Shown here one piece after another: positions 57,180-64,000 of a stretch of 64,000 bases of DNA (its first letter is position 1; each line of letters opens with the position of its first letter). Origin of the DNA: a virus (taxonomy: Duplodnaviria > Caudoviricetes). The DNA is taken from positions 64,001 to 128,000 of the IMG/VR virus record IMGVR_UViG_3300001598_000034. One strand, written 5' to 3'. The translations under genes were made by a program, and so were the position numbers. The notes under the pieces are model-generated. The model did not search any database and was not told where the DNA came from. It saw only the letters and a program-made list of their open reading frames with translations.

Positions 57180-57310
57180 CTCTAGCTGCTATCTCGTATA
57201 TATAAATACTCTTATAGGGATCAGCTATCTGAGTATTTTACGAAGTAAAATAGAGAGGTGAAGAAGTTCTCTTAATATATATTATACCTAAATACTAAAA
57301 AATAAAATAG

Positions 57311-57349
57311 TAATAAAAAGAGGAATCAATTTTGATTCCTCTTTTTATT
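57311..57349 (-). terminator. intrinsic terminator
   Basis: TAATAAAAAGAGGAATC/GATTCCTCTTTTTATTA. Confidence 0.8.
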
Positions 57350-57357
57350 AAATCTGT

Positions 57358-57543
57358 TTAGTGCCAAATGGAAGAGATCTTATTGAATAAACTTTCTGTG
57401 TTTGTTGTTCTTCTTTCGATCTCTTCCACTGTAGGTTCTCTTGGAAATTCTGGTAATTCCTTAGTCTTGTTGGCAACTCTCTCTGCCTCTTCTGCTGTGC
57501 TTGCAGCTAAACCTGCTGCAGCTAGTAAAATCCCAAATAGCAT
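57358..57543 (-). CDS. small protein with hydrophobic N-terminus
   Basis: 61 aa, AAGGAG RBS. Confidence 0.6.
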   Translation of the reverse strand: MLFGILLAAAGLAASTAEEAERVANKTKELPEFPREPTVEEIERRTTNTESLFNKISSIWH

Positions 57544-57746
57544 TATATTATCTCCTTTTCTACCCAGTAGGGAGGTAGCTCGATATTCTCGCCTTGAAGA
57601 AGAATATTCAGAGCTGCCTGTGCTTCTCTGGGGTTTCTGAAGTGTACTACGAATACACTACTTGCATCATAGTACACTTTGACATCACGGCCGCTCAGTT
57701 CTTTGGCGCGAGCAGTTTTACGTCATGCTCAGGACATGTGACTGGA

Positions 57747-57812
57747 TTACTTCTCCTCTTCGAGGGCTTTCATCCAGGTCTCAACGTACATTTTTTCAAT
57801 AAAACTCATCAT
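57747..57812 (-). CDS. putative 21-aa peptide MMSFIEKMYVETWMKALEEEK
   Basis: GGGAGG RBS; start codon lies in a hairpin. Confidence 0.45.
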   Translation of the reverse strand: MMSFIEKMYVETWMKALEEEK

Positions 57813-58004
57813 AGTTATAATCCTCCCATATAACTATAAGATGCCCACGCTTAGCCATAACCCTTGTTACAGCTTTACTACATGAGCTTGTCCAGTTTGC
57901 CTGTACTCTGGTAAACATGCACCTTTTTCGCAAGGCCGCGAGAGATCTTTTACAGAGATCCCTAACAGAGAACTGCTCCTTCTACGTAGAGTAACTATTT
58001 AATT

Positions 58005-58112
58005 TTACCGGAATTGATCCATAATTGAATCTAAGATGTCCTGATATTGTTCATATGTCAACTTTCCTACGATATGCTGTACCATAAACCAAACATCATA
58101 AAACCTTACCAT
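58005..58112 (-). CDS. putative 35-aa peptide MVRFYDVWFMVQHIVGKLTYEQYQDILDSIMDQFR
   Basis: GGAGGTG RBS 5 nt upstream. Confidence 0.5.
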   Translation of the reverse strand: MVRFYDVWFMVQHIVGKLTYEQYQDILDSIMDQFR

Positions 58113-58129
58113 AATAACACCTCCAAGTG

Positions 58130-58460
58130 CTTAATATATTTTAAAATCGGAATTGCAACCGTATCTATGTTTATGCCCTCCCGATGCAGGGAGGTGTTTG
58201 GAACGTTAGCCGGAACTGATGTTCCGTTTCTAGCCCACACCACGTAGAGGTGTTCCTTGTGGGCCTTACGAACTCTTCAGGAAGTCGAGAGAAAGATTGG
58301 TGTGCCATTTTTGGTACCTTCTAGCATCGCCACGTAGAGGCTCTTTCATGATGCCATTTACGGGATTTCGACCGGGTCTATATTTTAGTGTTAAAATGAA
58401 GGCGATCTTACCGCCCAGTAGAAAAATCAGCATAAATTAATACGCTAATCTTTCTACACC
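58130..58460 (-). ncRNA. candidate structured leader/ncRNA with tandem covarying hairpin motif
   Basis: GC-enriched, many hairpins, starts after GGTATAAGTAT (58462-58471); two copies of a stem-bulge-stem with UCUACGU loop. Confidence 0.45.
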
Positions 58461-58617
58461 ATACTTATACCCTATTTTTAGCATTTTTTTTGATGTTTTT
58501 TAATGCTTTTGCCACGTTCGTATTCGTCAAAATTTTTCTGTAAAATGCGTAATAAGTATTGCGAAGGAGAATTTAGTTTCTCTTTCTATTTTATATATGC
58601 GTAAGGAGGTACGTATT

Positions 58618-58797
58618 ATGTTAAAACTTTTTGTTAAAACTACAGCTCCGACATTGTTTGGATCGGTAACTCTAGGATTATTAGGGCAGGCTTTGCTTGG
58701 AGGGCTAATTGGATTAGCCCTCGGAGGAGTCGCGCTTGGGATTTCTTCTTTATTTAAAAAGAAGAAGAACCCTTGGTACAAACGGATCTTCGGATAG
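58618..58797 (+). CDS. small membrane protein (glycine zipper, basic C-terminus)
   Basis: AAGGAGG RBS before ATG 58618; own terminator at 58796-58826. Confidence 0.65.
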   Translation: MLKLFVKTTAPTLFGSVTLGLLGQALLGGLIGLALGGVALGISSLFKKKKNPWYKRIFG

Positions 58798-58862
58798 GGA
58801 TATAGTTTTCACTATATCCCTTTTTTATCTCTTTTTTTTAGCAATAAAAAAGACGTAGATTT

Positions 58863-58961
58863 TTAATCTACGTCTCTAATCTCTTTAACTTCTATTTTAC
58901 CTGTTTCGTTATCTTTAACCACTACAACTGTATCACCTGATACTGAATCTCCATCATAATC
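58863..58961 (-). CDS. RNA polymerase gene exon 3: catalytic DYDGD followed by split-intein N-fragment
   Basis: Reads DYDGD-SVSGDTVVVVKDNETGKIEVKEIRDVD-stop; terminator hairpin overlaps the stop (58846-58876). Confidence 0.85.
   Translation of the reverse strand, partial: DYDGDSVSGDTVVVVKDNETGKIEVKEIRDVD
58866..58946 (-). mobile_element. putative atypical split intein N-fragment (27 aa, Ser1)
   Basis: SVSGDTVVVV...GKIEVKEIRD matches the intein block A pattern and replaces the expected beta' continuation. Confidence 0.7.
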
Positions 58962-59193
58962 CAATTTTGTTACCTTAGAAGCTTTTTATCTTCTAATTCT
59001 ATACGTCACCATATAGTTCAGCGTACATTTTGAAGCTTGCGCAACTCGGACACTCTTGGGGGAATTATATTCTATTGCTAGGTTCATCCCCTACGCGTTA
59101 CGGAGTCTAGAGTTTTTTGAGATCTAGATTTCCTCGGTATTGTCTACTAGAGATTTTTACCGATTTTGCCCGATTTTATGCCGGCAACTTTTT
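58962..59193 (-). mobile_element. ORF-less group I intron B in the RNAP gene (232 nt), distinct subtype
   Basis: Exon end GCCGGT pairs with IGS GCCGGC; P7 GCGTA/TACGC (AAATGTACGCTG); terminal G; join gives GFAG|DYDGD. Confidence 0.85.
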
Positions 59194-59284
59194 ACCGGCA
59201 AAACCCGTTAATGTCAACGGATTTGTCATGATGCTTTTTCCTTTTACTGGTATTGGTAAAAAGGCTTGATGATTCAGTTTCCAA
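59194..59284 (-). CDS. RNA polymerase gene exon 2 (91 nt)
   Basis: Encodes WKLNHQAFLPIPVKGKSIMTNPLTLTGFAG, colinear with beta' [30 protein letters not shown]. Confidence 0.88.
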
Positions 59285-59543
59285 CATTTTGTTATAGATA
59301 ATTCGTTACTCTATCTAGAGCTATTGCTCCTGTATATTTCTATACAGATCAGACTATATCTTCGAGCGACATAGGTCGTTCGTTCCGCACTTCGATTGCA
59401 CTTGCAATCTACTCTCTTTCGAGATAGTCGTTGAACCCGATTTAACTTGGCTGCTGATTGTCTTCGGCTTTGCCCGGTCAGAGTTTCCAGCAATTCACGG
59501 AATAGTACTCTATACTGTTGCCAATATAGACGCCTAAGAATTA
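59285..59543 (-). mobile_element. ORF-less group I intron A in the RNAP gene (259 nt)
   Basis: Exon end CGCT pairs with IGS GGCG; AAGATATAGTC core; terminal G at 59285; core nearly identical to terL intron 2. Confidence 0.9.
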
Positions 59544-62500
59544 AGCGAAGGTGCACGGTTTATAATTACAGGATGATCTTTTGTTAAATCATATAGAATT
59601 TTTTTAGCAGTTTCGGACTTGTTTTGCAACTCCTCTTTTGCTTGCATAATACTTAGTCCACGTTTACGCAACTCTGCGATTATAAATCCTTCGTATGTTT
59701 TCCACAACATATCTTCAGGAATTCCTACATGATCAACATCTAACCCTGGATCTGGAAGAATCGTACCACGTCCAGATATTTGTTGTTGTCTTTTTAGAAT
59801 TTTACGTTGGAAGAAACTATTTTTACTTGATCCAGATACTTGATAGTTACTACCTACTAACTGTGGCATAAAGCCAGTTACACCACGTTTTTGGTTTTGT
59901 TTGTTTACTGGCGCCATTAGACCAACTACTGCATGCGCTGATTGACGTAAATCTTTAAGAAGTGCTCCCTTTTCGCTATCAGGGAAGTTCTTCATTTCGT
60001 TTAGTTTTTCGTTCACATTCAGCATATCTTTATATAGATAATTATAATCAGATACCATTGGTAAGCCACCTGATTGACTATCATATATAGGTCTAAACTG
60101 CGGAGGGATAATTGGGAACTTAGTTAATACGTATTCATCTGGATGCATTCCAGAGCGTTTTAAGGCAGTAAGGTATTTTAATTCTTTAAGAAGCTTATTA
60201 CGATCGCTACCTTTAGCTACTTTTAACCCTGCACTAATTTCACCAATACGCTTATCGGCATTAATTGCTGCCAATTCTTTTTTAACATCTTTACCATTCA
60301 TTCCTGTAATATCTTTATGTAGTAATACCTTTACTACATCTTCAAATATAGGATTAACGATTGGGGCAGCTAAATCAATATGACTCCAGTACTGACCTTC
60401 CATGCCACCAGTAATTGCTGGATCAAAGATACCACCTTTTTCGGGAATATCTTTGCCCATGTGATTTTCCAGTATTGCTCCCTTACGAATTGCTCCACTA
60501 GACATTTGCATAATGCTTTTGTCTGTCAAAGGAGATATACTTGTAGCATTCTCGTCTTCTTTTACTTGCATACCAGCAGCAGTAATCAAAGACTTAAATT
60601 TCTTAAAAGCAAAGGGTTCTTTAGCTGGGAGTTGTGGTACTCCGGCCTCTAGTCTATTCCAGAAGTCATCATTTTTATCAGACTTATAAGTAGCCATTTC
60701 CGCTAAGTTAGCACGAGCATTATGGCCTAACAACGCATATACATCTAACAGGCCAATGCCTTTAGAACCTTCCTCGCCGCCTTTTAATGGCTGCTTGTTA
60801 GCATCATAACTACCACGATATAAACCAGAGAAGTTTCCTTCTGTCTGTTTATGTAGCTTTAAGAAATAAGGTGTTCCAGTAAACACTTTACCAAGGTTCT
60901 CACCTGTCTTACCATCAATAAGTTCCTCTTCGATTTTAATACCGTCCTTTTTAAGGTCGTTTAAAACTTTTACTGAGGAGTCACTCTTATCGAAGTTGTC
61001 GACGGTTACTTTATGCCCTAATGCTAAAGCCCGCTTACCTGACATGGCTTCATATAGCTGACCAGGATTTACACGGCTAGGAACAGATGCTGGATTTAAC
61101 ATAATGTCCATGACTGTTCCGTCTTTAGTGCGGGGCATTTCATTATCTGGAAGAATTAATCCAATCGTACATTTATTACCATGAAGACCAGTTAACTTGT
61201 CTCCTCGTTTTGCTTGATCTTCTGTAGTGGCTACAATGCGGATTGTTTTAGTTCCTTTATTAACGTTTGTTACAAGTCCGGGAGCGTCATGATCCCATAC
61301 TTCAGCCGCATCCCTATAGGGATTTACTAGGCTGCCTCTTAGTTTCTTTAACATTGCGTCTGAGGACGTGAGCGTCTTACGACGCAAGCCTGTAACAAGT
61401 ACGTCACCTTTAATAACGGTTTGTCCTTCTTTAACTACACCTTGTTCATCTAACTTTTTGATGTTCTCAGGTGTAATTTTTGTCGGGAACCATTTTATAA
61501 AAGATCCTTTATCAATATATGTATCAGGAGTTATTTCAAACTCTTTCATGTACATATGTTGACTTGTGAATTTTTTAGAAGCAGATTCTGATATTACTAC
61601 CGCGTCATCATGCGTCCATCCTTTATAGGGCAAATACGCAACGTTGACATTTGTACCAATGGCTAATTCACCATTCTTAGTAAAGTTACTATCTGCTAAT
61701 ACTTGTCCTTTTCGTACCTTATCGCCAACCTTAACCAGAGGGTACATTGTAATAAATGTCTTCTGGTTAAGTGGGAAGTTATGATACATTTCTACTTTAG
61801 TATGATCTACCTTAATATAATTATCAGTTACTTCGGTGATAGTTCCTGCGTGTGGCGCAAGAGGTACAAAAAATTTCTTCCCATATTTTTCGTGTAATGT
61901 TTCAAACTCCCCGCTTTGGTCTTTTATCTGTACCAGAGGGGCTTCTCTATGAATCAATGGAACTGCTTGTGTTACCATACGACCAGCCATGGTTACACGG
62001 TTTCCTTGGTCGTTATGAAGATATGGTACCAGATTAGTAGTTACCGTGAACATATCGGAAGATGCAGGTAACCAGTAATCAACCTTATCTCGAGGCATCT
62101 GTTTCGTTTCGCCATTAATAATAACTTTTACAATGGGTAGTTTATCCTGTCCAGGAAAACCTATTACTTTATTGTACGTATCCATTGGGCGCAACTCTAC
62201 TTTGTTGCCTTTTCTGTCCAAAAACTCACTATAAATACTGCGATTCTTGATTGTAGTACCGAGTGTACTACGTACGTCCACACCTACTCTGACTGACTCG
62301 GCTGTACGTACAGGATCAAGGAATCCCAAGTGCGATGGATGAAGATTACGTGCTCCCATTGGAATGCCACGATCTGACTGAATACCTCCCTCGCCCATAG
62401 GGGTTATTTTATGATTTGTTTCTAGAATTTCGATAGGATTAATTTCTGTTTGTGGGGCAGAAAGACTGGATGTCGTGAAGAAGTTTTCCACAAGTTTACT

Positions 62501-63475
62501 GAATAAGTTAGGGATAATAATGCTTTTCAAGTCAGCTCCAGAATCAATACGATTTTGGAGTTTATAGAGCAACCCTGTTTCCTTGAACTTCTTTTCAATA
62601 CGAAGCATCAAATGGTCTTCTACGCCTAGGACTTCTTTAAATAATAAGCTATCTAAATCGTCCTCTTCTTCTTTATTAGCGTACACATTCATAACTTTCT
62701 TGGAAGCCTGGATTAAAGTATTTGCATCTACTTTATCTGTGGGTATTCCAAGTGTTACTTGCGTAGTGTCTTTATTAAGTATATTAGAAGCGAAGTAATC
62801 TTTTAAATCCTGTGCTGTATTGCCAGTACGTTTTGTTGGATATACTACTTTCTCTAATATGGTCTCTAAATCTGTATCACCATGAGAATTCATAACATTA
62901 ATGTTAAAAATTTCTTCTCCCCAAGCTGCCTTAAGGGCTTGATCTCCAGCTCCTAAAAGTTTTAACAAGGGGTATAATGGTGTTTTCTTAGCAGATGTAG
63001 ATAATGCTGATTTATCGAATACGATGGTAAATAAACCATCAGAATCCATGTGTATTTTAAACCCTAAGCCTTTACCTAAGTTAAAAGTTGCAAATGTTTC
63101 GTTGCTTCCTTCTGGCTTACGTACATAAACTCCAGGTTTAAGACGTGTTTGATTAAAGACTGAATAGTCTTTTCCAAGGACTATGAAAGTCCCGCGTTCA
63201 GTTAAAATAGGGAGATCTAATATTTTTATTTTAGCAGTTTCATTTTTTCCATTGTTTCGTGTTAATTTTAAATTAGCGTAAACTGGGGTACCAAGTGACT
63301 TTCCAGCTAAAATATGATCTTTTTGATTAGAAATGGTCGCCTTGACCTTATCGGGTATTTCTACACTGATAATATCAATGCGGCCAGTCTTTGCTTCGAT
63401 AGGAAATACTTTTTTAATGCCTTCTTCTACTTTACGAAGAATATCTCTCCATTTATCTTCTGTTTGTAAGTACAT
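59544..63475 (-). CDS. multisubunit RNA polymerase beta subunit fused to beta' N-terminal half, exon 1
   Basis: Beta motifs RNLHPSHLG, PYLHNDQGNR..MVTQAVP, GDKLTGLHGNK, NPASVPSRVN, YFLKLHK; then beta' motifs GIFDPAITG, IIPPQFRP, SGRGTI, NRAPSL. Confidence 0.93.
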
Positions 63476-63495
63476 TTTATACTCTCTTTCCTATA

Positions 63496-64000
63496 TTATA
63501 TTTGTTGATTTCCGCCTTCTGATTGTGGAGGATTTTGCTCTGGCAGATCTCCATGTTGTTGTCCGCCAATATCACCTTGTTGTTCTGGTTGAGGTGGCTG
63601 AATACCATACATCATTTGGGCATTTGCGGCGATCATTTGTTGTTTCATTTGCTGCTCTTGTTGTTCAGCAAACTCATTCTGGATGTATTCTTGTTCTTTA
63701 TCCCAATCCAAATGATTCATAAGTTCTTTAAGTACTGTATGCTTAGAGATGATGCCCGCATCAGAGAGACGCAATAACAAGTCTTTCTGTGCAACATCGT
63801 CTGCCATCTTAAATGGCTGCATATATACTTTAACGGATGCTATGCCAAAATGAATGGAGCACTCTTTGATAACATAGTCAATAACTTGTTGCATCATGCT
63901 GCGATAGTTGATAAATTGATTTTCCAACATACGCATTGATACATTCGCCCCGCTCCATTGTAATCCACCAAATACAAATTCTTGAGGTACTCCCATACCT
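63496..64000 (-). CDS. putative portal protein, C-terminal part (5'-truncated)
   Basis: GVPQEFVFGG..WSGANVSMRMLENQF, IISKHT, Gln-rich tail. Confidence 0.65.
   Translation of the reverse strand, partial: GMGVPQEFVFGGLQWSGANVSMRMLENQFINYRSMMQQVIDYVIKECSIHFGIASVKVYMQPFKMADDVAQKDLLLRLSDAGIISKHTVLKELMNHLDWDKEQEYIQNEFAEQQEQQMKQQMIAANAQMMYGIQPPQPEQQGDIGGQQHGDLPEQNPPQSEGGNQQI

Noticed and set aside
58228-58354. Guanidine-II riboswitch
   Set aside because: That class has ACGR tetraloops and a short linker; here the loops are 7 nt, bulged and about 55 nt apart.
58350-58380. tmRNA-like 5' end (TTACGGGATTTCGAC)
   Set aside because: No GGGG acceptor start, no T-arm/CCA 3' end and no tag ORF.
59311-59556. 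81-aa ORF in the track
   Set aside because: Lies almost entirely within group I intron A; chance ORF.

Overview
AT-rich fragment of a large (jumbo-type) contractile-tailed dsDNA phage, probably infecting an anaerobic Bacillota host (inferred from NrdD/NrdG, ThyX, a 3D-domain protein and strong GGAGG-type RBSs). Layout: + strand virion cluster (1-6 kb); - strand replication, nucleotide-metabolism and accessory block (6-35.6 kb: PolA, primase-helicase, Cas4-like nuclease, HU, RuvC, sigma, SNF2, ThyX, Rnl2, NrdDG); + strand tail/baseplate operon (35.8-51.5 kb); - strand block with a reverse transcriptase locus, terminase, multisubunit RNA polymerase and portal (51.5-64 kb). Reading beyond the ORF track shows five group I introns (one in nrdD, two in terL, two in the RNAP gene). 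Main candidates for new biology: (1) the RNAP beta-beta'N fusion gene gains its catalytic GDYDGD motif only after two introns are removed, then ends in a 27-aa Ser1 intein-N-like peptide, which implies protein trans-splicing at the active site; (2) a divergent retron-like RT operon has an msr/msd-like RNA downstream of the RT instead of upstream; (3) four unrelated proteins share an N-terminal MIN(I/L)EYLEK(I/V)A-type leader, a candidate capsid-targeting signal; (4) several promoter-linked structured RNAs. All calls come from manual motif reading; no database searches were run.
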